The notes under the pieces: generated by a model
Told to the model about the DNA's origin: nothing
The model's input: only the letters and a program-made list of their open reading frames with translations
Databases searched by the model: none
Shown here: positions 51,623 to 61,613 of the stretch, in pieces
Layout: each line of letters opens with the position of its first letter
How positions within the stretch are numbered: position 1 is the stretch's first letter
Assembly (NCBI GenBank): GCA_964648745.1
Contig: CAZYKX010000001.1
Location: forward strand, 40,429-104,428
Source: an uncultured Aquificales bacterium
Lineage (GTDB): Bacteria > Aquificota > Aquificia > Aquificales > Hydrogenothermaceae
Length of the DNA: 64,000 nucleotides
Direction: 5' to 3'
Position numbers and translations under genes: made by a program

Positions 51623-52720
51623 ATGTTTTTATTTATATTTTTTTCACTTTATTTTTTAATGCATATTTACTTTATTAGAAAAACTATAGGCTTTTATGGG
51701 AAAAAATCGATAGGAATATATTTAACTATTTTAATGACTTTTTCACCTTTCATTTATAATTTTTACGATAAAGCTGGATATGATTTTTATTTTCTTTCCT
51801 TTTTTATTTTAATGTGGATGGGATTTATTATTCTTTTTTCAATTTATTATTTGATTGTAGATTTTTACAATCTATCAATAAAATTATTCCATATAATAAC
51901 TAAACATAATCTATTACCAATATTAGATTTCAAAAAATCATATATAACTGTTCTTTTAGTTACATTGTTTTCTATAGTTTATGGATATAACGAAACATTA
52001 CATCTAAATGTAAATAGATTTGAGATATACTCAAACAATATAAATAGAGATATTAAGATACTTCACATATCAGATTTACATTTAAATCAGGTTATGAGAG
52101 AAGATAAAATAAAACTTATTTTAGATATTTATGAAAAGGAAAAGCCTGATATTGTTATATCAACTGGTGATTTGGTAGATGGAAATGTTAAGAATAAAAA
52201 AAGTTATATATCTTTATTAAAAATGATGAATCCACCGTTAGGTAAGTATGCAGTTTTAGGAAACCATGAGTATTATGCAGGTGTTAATCAAGCGATAGAA
52301 TTTACAGAAAAAGCTGGATTTAAAATTTTAAGAGATAGTGTTTTTTCTATTGGAAGTATAAATATGGTAGGTGTTGATGATATTGAAGCAGAAAGGTTCA
52401 AAATTAGAAAACTGATACCTGAAGTTTATCTATTTAATCAGGTAGAAAAAGATAAATTTGTTATTTTTCTAAAACATCAACCTGCTTTAGATTATAAATT
52501 AATAGGAAAATTTGACTTGATGCTCTCTGGGCATACTCATGGTGGTGTTTTATTTCCAGTTAAATACATTTTAAGAAAAATATTTGTTACTGATTATGGC
52601 TTTTTAAAAATTGGTAGTAGCTATATATACGTTAGTCGTGGTGTAGGAACAGGTGGACCACCTATTAGAATCGGTTGTCCACCAGATGTTGCTATCTTTG
52701 AAATAAAAAGATATCCTTAA
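51623..52720 (+). CDS. membrane-anchored calcineurin-like metallophosphoesterase
   Basis: N-terminal TM helices, then ISDLHL, TGDLVDG, LGNHEY and SGHTHGG. Confidence 0.85.
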   Translation: MFLFIFFSLYFLMHIYFIRKTIGFYGKKSIGIYLTILMTFSPFIYNFYDKAGYDFYFLSFFILMWMGFIILFSIYYLIVDFYNLSIKLFHIITKHNLLPILDFKKSYITVLLVTLFSIVYGYNETLHLNVNRFEIYSNNINRDIKILHISDLHLNQVMREDKIKLILDIYEKEKPDIVISTGDLVDGNVKNKKSYISLLKMMNPPLGKYAVLGNHEYYAGVNQAIEFTEKAGFKILRDSVFSIGSINMVGVDDIEAERFKIRKLIPEVYLFNQVEKDKFVIFLKHQPALDYKLIGKFDLMLSGHTHGGVLFPVKYILRKIFVTDYGFLKIGSSYIYVSRGVGTGGPPIRIGCPPDVAIFEIKRYP

Positions 52721-53454
52721 TCAAAAGAGAAATATGCTTTCTCAGATTTAATATAAATAAACTCTTCTTTTTCTGGATTATAACCAGTAAGTTTATTACC
52801 TAAGCATGCTCCTGTATCTATTCCATAACAGAGATTATTTATATAAGGTTCATCATAAACTACGTGCCCATACACAATTTTTAGAGAATTTTTATCTATT
52901 TTTCTGTCTTTTGTCCAGTCAACTCTTTCTGGAAAACCTTTTTCTGTATATCTACCTGTTGTTTCTCCATATAAAACAAAACTTTTTACTTTTTTATCTA
53001 CTCTTCCTATATATTCATCTTTTATTCCACCATGAGATACAATTACATTATTGTTTATAATCAAATAAAGGGGAAGATGTTCATAGTAATTTATTACGTT
53101 TTCTTTTATATTTTCTTGAATGTTTTTATTGTAGGACAGAAATTCTTCAATAGTTTTTTGCATTCCATGGGAAATATTTACATTGCTTCCTTTAAGCCAT
53201 CTTACAAATTTATTTAAGTGGTTACTTTTTACTTCAAAATATTTTCCTTTTTTAAACAAATCTATTGTAAAGAGCAAAGTTTCAATATTTAAAGGTCCTC
53301 TATCTATTGTATCTCCTACAGAAACAATAATAGTATCTGAGCCATACTTTTCATAAACTATATTGATAAGTTTTTTAAATTCTTCAAGGCAACCATGTAT
53401 ATCACCGACAATGACATAAGGTTTTTTAAGTTCTAAATTTAAATAAAAATCCAT
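52717..53454 (-). CDS. prpE: PPP-family phosphatase, PrpE-like bis(5'-nucleosyl)-tetraphosphatase
   Basis: GDIHGC, GDTIDRGP, KKVKSFVLYGETTG, VYGHV and IDTGACLGNKLTG parallel Bacillus PrpE as I recall it. 245 aa. Confidence 0.65.
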   Translation of the reverse strand: MDFYLNLELKKPYVIVGDIHGCLEEFKKLINIVYEKYGSDTIIVSVGDTIDRGPLNIETLLFTIDLFKKGKYFEVKSNHLNKFVRWLKGSNVNISHGMQKTIEEFLSYNKNIQENIKENVINYYEHLPLYLIINNNVIVSHGGIKDEYIGRVDKKVKSFVLYGETTGRYTEKGFPERVDWTKDRKIDKNSLKIVYGHVVYDEPYINNLCYGIDTGACLGNKLTGYNPEKEEFIYIKSEKAYFSFD

Positions 53455-53457
53455 AAC

Positions 53458-54294
53458 TTATAAATTAAGCCCTTCATATACTTTATCTATGTTAAATCTC
53501 ATCATTTCAATATAGTTTCTATTTTCTCCAAATGTATCTAAAAATATAACTTTTACACCAGTTTGAGAAACAACTAAATTAACAGTTTTTGGATTGTAAA
53601 ACTGTTTTGAGGTAAAAATAGCTTTAACATTATATTTTTTAATCTTATCAATTACCTCTAAAATATGTTTTAAAGTTGGTTCTCTTCCATGTCCCATTTC
53701 TATTTCGGCTAAATAGTTTAGATTGAAAAATTTTACAAAGTAAGGAAACTCATAATGATATGAAACAAAATTTTTATTTTTTAATTTAGATAATTTTTCT
53801 TTACAATAGTTTATAAGTTGATCTATATCTTTTAAAAATTTATCTAAGTTAGATTTATAATAATTTTGATTTTTACTGTCAACTTTTACAAGATAATTAT
53901 AAATTGATATTGCTATAATTTTGGCATTTTCTAAATGTAACCATAAAGCCGGATGAATCTCATCATGATCTTCTTCTTTAATTAGATATAGTCCTTTCAA
54001 ATCTATTAATTTTAAAACTTTTTTTTTATTTAGGTTTTTTACAAAATTGTTAATATTTCCTTCACCTGTACCAATATAGATAAATAAATCACTTTCAAAA
54101 ATAGACTTAATATCGTTTGGTTTATACTCGTAATTATGAAAGTTTAAATTTGGTGGAATGACGTATTTTACACTAACATTATTACCACCAACTTCTTTTA
54201 CAATATCAGCAAGTGGTTTTATGGTAGTTGTAATATTAATCTGCGCAAAGGATATATTAACAAAAAAAAGTATTAGAAATATAAATAATCTCAT
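53458..54294 (-). CDS. ZnuA/TroA-family metal ABC transporter substrate-binding protein
   Basis: Signal peptide, TTIKPLADIV, HNYEYKP and cluster-9 SBP length. No permease or ATPase gene is adjacent. Confidence 0.75.
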   Translation of the reverse strand: MRLFIFLILFFVNISFAQINITTTIKPLADIVKEVGGNNVSVKYVIPPNLNFHNYEYKPNDIKSIFESDLFIYIGTGEGNINNFVKNLNKKKVLKLIDLKGLYLIKEEDHDEIHPALWLHLENAKIIAISIYNYLVKVDSKNQNYYKSNLDKFLKDIDQLINYCKEKLSKLKNKNFVSYHYEFPYFVKFFNLNYLAEIEMGHGREPTLKHILEVIDKIKKYNVKAIFTSKQFYNPKTVNLVVSQTGVKVIFLDTFGENRNYIEMMRFNIDKVYEGLNL

Positions 54295-55652
54295 AATTTT
54301 CTCCTTATCTTTTCTTTAAGAGCTTCAGCAGTTTTTATTAAAAAAGGGGAAATTTCTGGATTTATAGTAACGTATTGGTTAAGAGACTTAAATGTTGAAG
54401 GTAGTGTTTTAAAATTTATTAGTGCTTTTTCTTTTATTTCTTTTAAAGATGGTAAACTTTTCACTAACTCTCCATTTTGGATATAAAGTTTTAACATTTT
54501 TACAGCATTCTCAACATTTTCATCAAAATGGCTTACAATATCTTTAAATATAATTCCGTTTCTATACTGTCTATAAAGTTGCTTTTTATAAGGTAATGTT
54601 ATTTTTTTTCTACTTAGTTTCATAGCTGGTTTACCATCATACTCAACCAGTTTATATGCACAGTCCAAATAAGGTAAATCAGCACTTGTAACAAGTTCTG
54701 TACCAACTCCAAAAGCATCTATTGGAAGATTTTTATCGTGTAAGAACTCTTTAATAGTATACTCGTTGATTCCACCACTGACCAATATAATAGCATCTCT
54801 AAACCCATTTGAATCTAATAGTTTTCGTGCTTCTTTTACTAAGATAGGTATTTCCCCACTATCTATTCTAATGCCTTTTATTCTTATTCCTAATTTTTTA
54901 GCTACCTTTATAGCGTTTTCTACACCTTTTAATGTATTATAAGTGTCTACTAAAAATACAGTGTTTTCTGGATACACTGTCGCAAAATTTTCAAAAGCAT
55001 CTTCTTCTTTTTCATGAGCCATTATAAAGGAATGAGCCATTGTACCATAACATGGAATGTCAAAAAACTTACTTGCAAGAACATTAGAAGTTCCATTAAA
55101 TCCACCAATAAAACTACTTCTTGCTGCAATTATACCTGCATCTGTCCCGTGAGCTCTCCTAAGTCCAAAATCTATTAATATTTTATTTTTTGCAACGCTA
55201 TAACATCTTAAAGCTTTAGTTGCTACTAAAATAGATATTTGTATTGTGTTTATTAAAAATGTTTCAACAATTTGTGCTTCTATTAATGGTGCTTCAACTT
55301 GAATGATTGGTTCATTAGCAAAAATTATCTCTCCTTCATCTACAGCATAAACATTTCCAGTAAATCTAAAATTTCTTAGATAGTTTAAAAAATCTTCTTT
55401 AAACTTTCCTGTTGATCTTAAAAATTCAATATCTTCTTCTGTAAATTTTATATTTAGAAGATAGTCAATTAAAAACTCTAATCCGGAGTTTAAAAAGTAG
55501 TTCCTTTTTTGTGTAGGTCTTATAAAAAAGTTAAATACTGCTTTACCATTTAAACCTTTTTCATAATAAACTTGAGCCATTGTAAGTTCATAAAGATCAG
55601 TCAAGAGAGACATATTATCTTTATTTACAAATCTATTTACCGGTTTATACAT
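54291..55652 (-). CDS. pncB: nicotinate phosphoribosyltransferase
   Basis: LTDLYELTMAQ N-terminus and GTMAHSF. 453 aa. Confidence 0.88.
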   Translation of the reverse strand: MYKPVNRFVNKDNMSLLTDLYELTMAQVYYEKGLNGKAVFNFFIRPTQKRNYFLNSGLEFLIDYLLNIKFTEEDIEFLRSTGKFKEDFLNYLRNFRFTGNVYAVDEGEIIFANEPIIQVEAPLIEAQIVETFLINTIQISILVATKALRCYSVAKNKILIDFGLRRAHGTDAGIIAARSSFIGGFNGTSNVLASKFFDIPCYGTMAHSFIMAHEKEEDAFENFATVYPENTVFLVDTYNTLKGVENAIKVAKKLGIRIKGIRIDSGEIPILVKEARKLLDSNGFRDAIILVSGGINEYTIKEFLHDKNLPIDAFGVGTELVTSADLPYLDCAYKLVEYDGKPAMKLSRKKITLPYKKQLYRQYRNGIIFKDIVSHFDENVENAVKMLKLYIQNGELVKSLPSLKEIKEKALINFKTLPSTFKSLNQYVTINPEISPFLIKTAEALKEKIRRKL

Positions 55653-57012
55653 TTTTCTCTCTTAAATATTTTGATATAGAATCACTAAGCTGAGTGATAT
55701 TACCTGCTCCAAGTGTCAAAACAACATCTCCTTTTTTAATAATATTTTTTAAAAGGTTCTCTGCTTCTAATATATTTTCAACATAGTAAACAGTTTTTCC
55801 TTTCTCTCTAACTTTGTCTGCTAAAATCTTACCGGAAACACCATCTATAGGGTTTTCTCCAGCGGAATATATTTCTGTGATAATTGTTATATCAGGTAGA
55901 TCAAAGGCGTTTACAAATTCTTCAAAAAGTGAGTAAACTCTTGAGTATCTATGTGGCTGAAAAATGCTAATTATCCTTCTTCCTCCAAAGTAATCTTTTG
56001 CTGCTTTTAAAGTTGCTTTAATTTCTGTTGGATGATGGGCATAATCATCTATCACAACTACATCATTTGAATATTTAATTTCAAATCTCCTTTTAGCATT
56101 TTTAAAGTTTTCTAATGACTCTTTGATTACACAGAAAGGTACTCCAAGCTCATTACATATTGATATTGTAGCAAGAGCATTATAAACATTGTGTATACCA
56201 GGGACAGATAAATGGATCTCTCCAAAGTTATTAACTTTAAATTTATATCTTCCATTTTCTAGTCTTAAATCTGTAGCTCTTATATCTGCTTCTTCAGAAA
56301 GTCCAAACTTTATTATTTTTCTTTCTATAAATGGTATGATACTTTTAACATTTTCATCATCTATATTAATAGCAACAGCTCCATAAAAGGGTACTTTATT
56401 TGCAAACTGGATAAAAGCATTTTTTATATCTTCTATGTCCTTATAAAATCCTAAATGCTCTAAATCAATATTATTAATAGATACAATTGTGGGAGAAAGT
56501 TTTAAAAATGAACCATCACTTTCATCTGATTCTGCAACTAAAAATTCGCCTCTTCCAAGCTTTGCATTGCTACCATAAGCTTCAAGTTTACCTCCTATGA
56601 CAACGGTAGGATCAAAACCTGTTTTACTTAAAACAGTACCAACCATAGATGTAGTAGTTGTTTTTCCATGGCTCCCAGCAATAGCTATACCATATTTAAA
56701 TCTCATAAGTTCTGATAACATCTCACCTCTTGGTATAGTAGGTATACCTCTATCCTTTGCTTCTAACAATTCTGGATTATCTGGTTTTACAGCAGAAGAA
56801 TATACTACAACATCAACATCTTTTACATTTTCTCTACTATGACCTATAAATATTTTTGCCCCAAGTTCTTTTAAACGATTTGTTGTTGATGATTCTTTTA
56901 TATCGGATCCAGTAATTGTATATCCAAGATTTAGTAAAACTTCTGCTATTCCATTCATTCCAGAACCACCAATTCCTATAAAATGAATCTTTCTAATCTT
57001 ACCCCTAAACAT
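55645..57012 (-). CDS. murC: UDP-N-acetylmuramate--L-alanine ligase
   Basis: IGIGGSGMNGIA and GSHGKTTTTSM. Mur ligase C-domain. Confidence 0.95.
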   Translation of the reverse strand: MFRGKIRKIHFIGIGGSGMNGIAEVLLNLGYTITGSDIKESSTTNRLKELGAKIFIGHSRENVKDVDVVVYSSAVKPDNPELLEAKDRGIPTIPRGEMLSELMRFKYGIAIAGSHGKTTTTSMVGTVLSKTGFDPTVVIGGKLEAYGSNAKLGRGEFLVAESDESDGSFLKLSPTIVSINNIDLEHLGFYKDIEDIKNAFIQFANKVPFYGAVAINIDDENVKSIIPFIERKIIKFGLSEEADIRATDLRLENGRYKFKVNNFGEIHLSVPGIHNVYNALATISICNELGVPFCVIKESLENFKNAKRRFEIKYSNDVVVIDDYAHHPTEIKATLKAAKDYFGGRRIISIFQPHRYSRVYSLFEEFVNAFDLPDITIITEIYSAGENPIDGVSGKILADKVREKGKTVYYVENILEAENLLKNIIKKGDVVLTLGAGNITQLSDSISKYLREKNV

Positions 57013-58507
57013 ACTTACTCCTTTTTATATATTTGTTTATAACTTCAAAATCATCAAAAGGTAATACTTTATCTTTAATTATTTGATAATTTTCATGTCC
57101 TTTCCCAGCAACTAAAACTATATCATTTTCTTTTGCTATATCAATACTGTACTTTATAGCTTCTTCTCTATCTAAAATAACTAAGGATTTACTTTTATCA
57201 CTTATTCCTTGAAGGATATCATTTGCTATGTCTCTTGGGTCTTCATCTCTTGGATTATCTGATGTAACTATCACTAAGTCAGAATATTTTTCAGCTATCT
57301 TTCCCATCAGTGGTCTTTTTGTTTTATCTCTATTTCCACCAGCACCAAACACAGTAATTACTTTACCTTTTTTTATTTCTAATAAAGATTTTAAAATATT
57401 TTCAAGAGCATCTGGTGTATGGGCATAATCTATAACAACAATAAAACCATTACCTTCTACAATCTGAAACCTACCTTTCACTGGATTAAGGTTTCTCGCA
57501 TTTTCTAATAGAAACTCTAACTTAAAATTATCTTTCAAAAGGAAAGAAATAACAGCTGATAGATTATAAATATTAAAAATTCCCCTTAGCTTAGTCTCTA
57601 CATTATAAATATCTCCTCTATATAAAAATCTAAATTGAGTTTTAAATAAATCTAAGTTGTAGTTCAAAATCTTAAAATCTTCCGAATTTCTACCGTATGT
57701 AATAACTTTTTCTTTTTTAATATTGAGATTATCCAATAAGTAGCTATATATCTTTTTTCCATATTCATCATCTGTATTTATACTATAAATTGCATTTTCA
57801 TTAAACTGATGTATCTGATTGAAAACTTCTCTTTTTGATAAAAAATAGTTCTCCATATCTTTATGGTAATCTAAATGATCTTGTGTTAAGTTTGTAAAGA
57901 TACCACCAAAAAATTTTGTAGAAAAAACTCTAAATTGATCTGCTGCATGAGAAGAAACTTCAGCTATAACTACATCTGCACCCTTATCTTTCATCTTTTT
58001 TAATGTTTTAAACCATTTTACTGGATCAGGTGTAGTATGCCCACTATCTAATATCTCATCTCCTATACTATAACTAATGGTTCCTATTAATCCAACTTTA
58101 AAACCTGCTAAAGTATAATACTGAGATAAAAGATTTGTAGTTGTCGTTTTACCATTTGTTCCAGTTACAGCAATTACTTTTAAATTATCAGATGGATTAT
58201 CATAGAATCTATTTGCAACCTTAGCTAAAGATTTCCTTGTGTTTTCTGATAATAAAAAAGTAATATTTGGATATCTACTTTTTAATTTCTCATATACATC
58301 TTTTCTTTGAAAAAAAACTACTTTTGCCCCTTTTTCTATAGCAGATTCTATAAAATTATGCCCATCTATTTTTGTTCCTTCTATTGCAAAAAAAGCATAG
58401 TTATCTTTCACTTCTTTACTATTGTCAGTTATTCCTTCAATAGCTATATCTAAGTTTCCTTGTAGTAATAATAAGTTGTTATCTACTAACTCTTTTAGGT
58501 TTTTCAT
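57005..58507 (-). CDS. murE: UDP-N-acetylmuramoyl-L-alanyl-D-glutamate--2,6-diaminopimelate ligase
   Basis: GTNGKTTT P-loop and the DNPR motif typical of meso-DAP-adding MurE. Confidence 0.93.
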   Translation of the reverse strand: MKNLKELVDNNLLLLQGNLDIAIEGITDNSKEVKDNYAFFAIEGTKIDGHNFIESAIEKGAKVVFFQRKDVYEKLKSRYPNITFLLSENTRKSLAKVANRFYDNPSDNLKVIAVTGTNGKTTTTNLLSQYYTLAGFKVGLIGTISYSIGDEILDSGHTTPDPVKWFKTLKKMKDKGADVVIAEVSSHAADQFRVFSTKFFGGIFTNLTQDHLDYHKDMENYFLSKREVFNQIHQFNENAIYSINTDDEYGKKIYSYLLDNLNIKKEKVITYGRNSEDFKILNYNLDLFKTQFRFLYRGDIYNVETKLRGIFNIYNLSAVISFLLKDNFKLEFLLENARNLNPVKGRFQIVEGNGFIVVIDYAHTPDALENILKSLLEIKKGKVITVFGAGGNRDKTKRPLMGKIAEKYSDLVIVTSDNPRDEDPRDIANDILQGISDKSKSLVILDREEAIKYSIDIAKENDIVLVAGKGHENYQIIKDKVLPFDDFEVINKYIKRSKYV

Positions 58508-59431
58508 CTATACCTCAAGCAACTTTTCTAATGTAAGCTTAACAGATTCTCCTAAAGCAGTTAAATTATAACCACCTTCTAACATATATACACATGGTCT
58601 ACCATCTGCTGATTTGAGTATATTTTCAACGATAACCCCAATACCTTCTGTAGTAACTTCAAGATATGTTAAGGGATCTTCTTTATGTAAGTCATAACCT
58701 GCGGAAACCAATATAATATCAGGATTAAACTCTTTTACTAGCTTAGGTAATATATTTTGGTAAATATCAATATATACATCATCTCCAGTTCCAGCTGGAA
58801 GTGGTACATTATAAGTATAACCGTATCCTTTACCTACTCCTTTTTCTTCTTTTGAACCTGTTCCAGGATAAAAAGGATACTCATGGGTTGAAAAATAAAA
58901 AACTGTATCATCATCATAAAAAATTTTTTGGGTACCATTACCATGGTGAGCATCAAAATCTACAATAAATACTTTACTAAATCCTTTTTGTTGAGCATAT
59001 CTTGCAGTAACAGCTATGTTATTAAAAATACAAAATCCCATGGCTTTATCTTTTTCTGCGTGATGACCTGGTGGTCTTACAGCACAAAAAGCTCTCTCTA
59101 TTTTTTTATCTATTATGCTATCTATAGCTTCCAAGCCAGCACCTACAGCCATTAATGCAGCATCATAAGAAAAAACACCAACATGTGTATCAGGATCAAG
59201 ATAACCACCACCAGCAGAACAAAAATCCATTATTTCCTGAGGATAGTATGTATCATGAACAAGCAATAAATCTTTGACTGTTGCTCTCCTTGGTTTTAAA
59301 AATATCAGTTTATCAGATAGTGGTTTAATATATTTATGTATGTATATTAATCTCTCTGGTGATTCTGGATGTCCGTGGCCGGTATCGTGCTTTAAATAGA
59401 TATCATCATAAAAATATCCTACCGTTCTCAT
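58508..59431 (-). CDS. histone deacetylase-family amidohydrolase (AcuC / acetylpolyamine amidohydrolase-like)
   Basis: RPPGHHA, DFDAHHGNGTQ and EGGYN motifs. Confidence 0.88.
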   Translation of the reverse strand: MRTVGYFYDDIYLKHDTGHGHPESPERLIYIHKYIKPLSDKLIFLKPRRATVKDLLLVHDTYYPQEIMDFCSAGGGYLDPDTHVGVFSYDAALMAVGAGLEAIDSIIDKKIERAFCAVRPPGHHAEKDKAMGFCIFNNIAVTARYAQQKGFSKVFIVDFDAHHGNGTQKIFYDDDTVFYFSTHEYPFYPGTGSKEEKGVGKGYGYTYNVPLPAGTGDDVYIDIYQNILPKLVKEFNPDIILVSAGYDLHKEDPLTYLEVTTEGIGVIVENILKSADGRPCVYMLEGGYNLTALGESVKLTLEKLLEV

Positions 59432-59444
59432 TTCTTATCCTTTG

Positions 59445-59472
59445 TGTATAATTTAATATTTAAAATTATACA
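59445..59472. promoter_or_regulatory. 28-bp palindrome in a divergent promoter region
   Basis: TGTATAATTT-AATATTTA-AAATTATACA, with perfect 10-bp arms. Lies between the deacetylase gene and upp. Confidence 0.35.
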
Positions 59473-59488
59473 TTAAAGAGGTTTTTTC

Positions 59489-60109
59489 ATGAAAAATTTT
59501 TTCATTGTAGATAATGCTGTTTTGATTAATAATTTATCAAAATTGAGAGATAAGAATCTAAAGCCTCATGATTTTAGAAAAGGTTTATCCATTATAGCCA
59601 AAATACTTCTATCATACGCTTTAGAGAAAGAAAATACACACTTTGAAAATATAGAAACTCCTATAAGCAGAGGTAATTTTCCATTTCTAGATGAAGAAAA
59701 CTTTGTTATTATCCCGATTTTAAGAGCTGGTTTACCTATGTTAGATGGTTGTTTAGAACTGCTTCCAGAAGCCAAGGTTGGCTTTTTAGCACTTAAAAGA
59801 AATGAAGAAACTTTAGAAAGTATTTTGTATTATGAAAGATTGCCACAGTTAGAAAACAAAGTAGCTATAATAGTAGACCCTATGGTTGCAACAGGTGGTT
59901 CCTTAGATCATGCCATAACGATTATAAAAAAATATAGTCCTAAAAAAATAATTTCTTTAAATGTAATAGTATCTCCCGATGGATTAAAAAGATTAGAAAA
60001 ATATAGCGATGTTAACTTTTATATTGCTAATGTTGACGAGGGCCTAAATAGTAAAGGTTTTATTGTTCCAGGAATAGGAGATGCAGGAGACAGAGCATTT
60101 AATACATAA
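59489..60109 (+). CDS. upp: uracil phosphoribosyltransferase
   Basis: IVDPMVATGGS PRPP motif and C-terminal GIGDAGDRAFNT. Confidence 0.93.
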   Translation: MKNFFIVDNAVLINNLSKLRDKNLKPHDFRKGLSIIAKILLSYALEKENTHFENIETPISRGNFPFLDEENFVIIPILRAGLPMLDGCLELLPEAKVGFLALKRNEETLESILYYERLPQLENKVAIIVDPMVATGGSLDHAITIIKKYSPKKIISLNVIVSPDGLKRLEKYSDVNFYIANVDEGLNSKGFIVPGIGDAGDRAFNT

Positions 60110-60209
60110 AAATAAAAATATATTTTTATATTCTAAATATAATATAACCTTGCAAAATCAAATATAGATATTATTTTTATAATCAAAATTCTCTTTAGGA
60201 GGATGTGTC

Positions 60210-60413
60210 ATGGAAACTTATGTAGTATTTTTAATTCTTTTTACTTTAGGAATGGTTGCTTATGTAATTTACTTTGTAAAAAAATCAAAAGAAGAAATAG
60301 CAGAGAAAGTTGAAGAGTTGTCATGTAAAGTAGACCCATTAGTTCAAAAGGTTAGTGGAGAAAAGTACATTTGTAAAGATGATAAAATTGAATTTGAATC
60401 AAACGAAAAATAA
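60210..60413 (+). CDS. hypothetical 67-aa membrane-anchored protein
   Basis: AGGAGG ribosome-binding site, one N-terminal TM helix, acidic tail with two Cys. Confidence 0.5.
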   Translation: METYVVFLILFTLGMVAYVIYFVKKSKEEIAEKVEELSCKVDPLVQKVSGEKYICKDDKIEFESNEK

Positions 60414-60420
60414 TATAAAT

Positions 60421-60447
60421 AAAGGGGTTAAAACACCCCTTTTTATT
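60421..60447. terminator. bidirectional terminator hairpin
   Basis: AAAGGGGT-TAAAAC-ACCCCTTT followed by TTATTTT. It overlaps the stop of the convergent kinase gene. Confidence 0.65.
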
Positions 60448-61417
60448 TTAAAATAACCTTAAATATATGAAATTCGTCTTTATAATCATACTTTATTTTA
60501 AAACCATACTTGTTGCATATTTTTTTAACAATTGAAAGTCCAAGCCCTAAACCTTCAATATTCCCACTTAAATCTTCTCTATAAAATTTTTCAAATATTT
60601 TATTAGGTTCTTTTATTTTATTTCCTTGATTTTTAATAGTTACAGTTTTATCTGAAAATACAATCTCTACTGTAGCTTGCACTTTACTGTATTTGATAGC
60701 ATTTTCTAATAAATTGGTAAACATGATTTCCATATCTATATAGTTTGCTTTTATATTTATTGTAGATTCTTCGATAATCTTTACAGTAAGATATTTTTCA
60801 TTAATTTTTGCTTTTAGTTTTTCAAGAATATCTTTTATAAGCTCATTTATGTTAATATCTTCAACTTCTGTTATGTCCAAAGATCTTAAAGCTTCTATAT
60901 TTTTGATTATGTTTTGTATATAATCTAAATTTCGTTCAATTTGATAAAGATTGTTTTCAACATTATTAAAATTTTTTGCTTTCATAATGTAAAGATTTGT
61001 TTTTATAACTGTGATAGGTGTCCTCAAGTCATGAAAAATTATACTCAACACATGCTCTAGATTCTCTTTACTTTCTCTAATAGGATTTAATATTCTACCG
61101 GAAACAGAAAATGCTAAAATTCCAGCTAAAACTATTACTGCTAAACTAGATAGAAAGATTGATTTTTTTAAATTTTCCAAATCGTTTATTACTGTTGAAA
61201 TATCGTACCCTATAATAATGTAATAATTTTTGTTATTTTTAAAATTATATCCATACAAGAAAAAGTTGCCTACATATCTTTTTCCTTCAAACATTACAAT
61301 AGTTTCTGGATTAAATGCATTTTTCTTTATATTAAATGTATCTAAGTTATATATGCATTTTTTTTCTTTGTTATCTAAATTATAAAAACAAATAAACATA
61401 TTCTTTTCAGGATACAC
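60443..61417 (-). CDS. sensor histidine kinase (partner of the adjacent OmpR-type regulator); N-terminus probably longer
   Basis: H-box HDLRTP, then N and G boxes (LLENAIKY, GLGLGLSIV). The frame stays open upstream to 61630 and encodes a further TM helix, but has no ATG/GTG/TTG. Confidence 0.8.
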   Translation of the reverse strand: MYPEKNMFICFYNLDNKEKKCIYNLDTFNIKKNAFNPETIVMFEGKRYVGNFFLYGYNFKNNKNYYIIIGYDISTVINDLENLKKSIFLSSLAVIVLAGILAFSVSGRILNPIRESKENLEHVLSIIFHDLRTPITVIKTNLYIMKAKNFNNVENNLYQIERNLDYIQNIIKNIEALRSLDITEVEDININELIKDILEKLKAKINEKYLTVKIIEESTINIKANYIDMEIMFTNLLENAIKYSKVQATVEIVFSDKTVTIKNQGNKIKEPNKIFEKFYREDLSGNIEGLGLGLSIVKKICNKYGFKIKYDYKDEFHIFKVILK

Positions 61418-61613
61418 ACTTATGTTATTATTTTCTATATTATCTATGATCTCTATGATTTTAGATTTTAGTTTATCCTCAATATCAACATACTTTTGAT
61501 TCTCATAAGAAAGATAGATAGAGTAAGATAAAATAAAAACAATAATTGATGCAATAAATATAAGTAAAGAAACGATTTTTAATCTAACTTTTTGAAACTC
61601 GTCAAAAGAAAAT

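Noticed and set aside
52717-53454. PPP phosphatase as part of a Pnkp/Hen1 RNA-repair system
   Set aside because: It is a stand-alone 245-aa protein with no kinase or ligase domains and no hen1 neighbour. Its length and motifs fit PrpE-type Ap4A hydrolases.
60111-60135. 18-bp perfect palindrome ATAAAAATATATTTTTAT just after upp
   Set aside because: It is pure A/T low-complexity sequence. It may be a weak terminator, but it is indistinguishable from chance in this composition.
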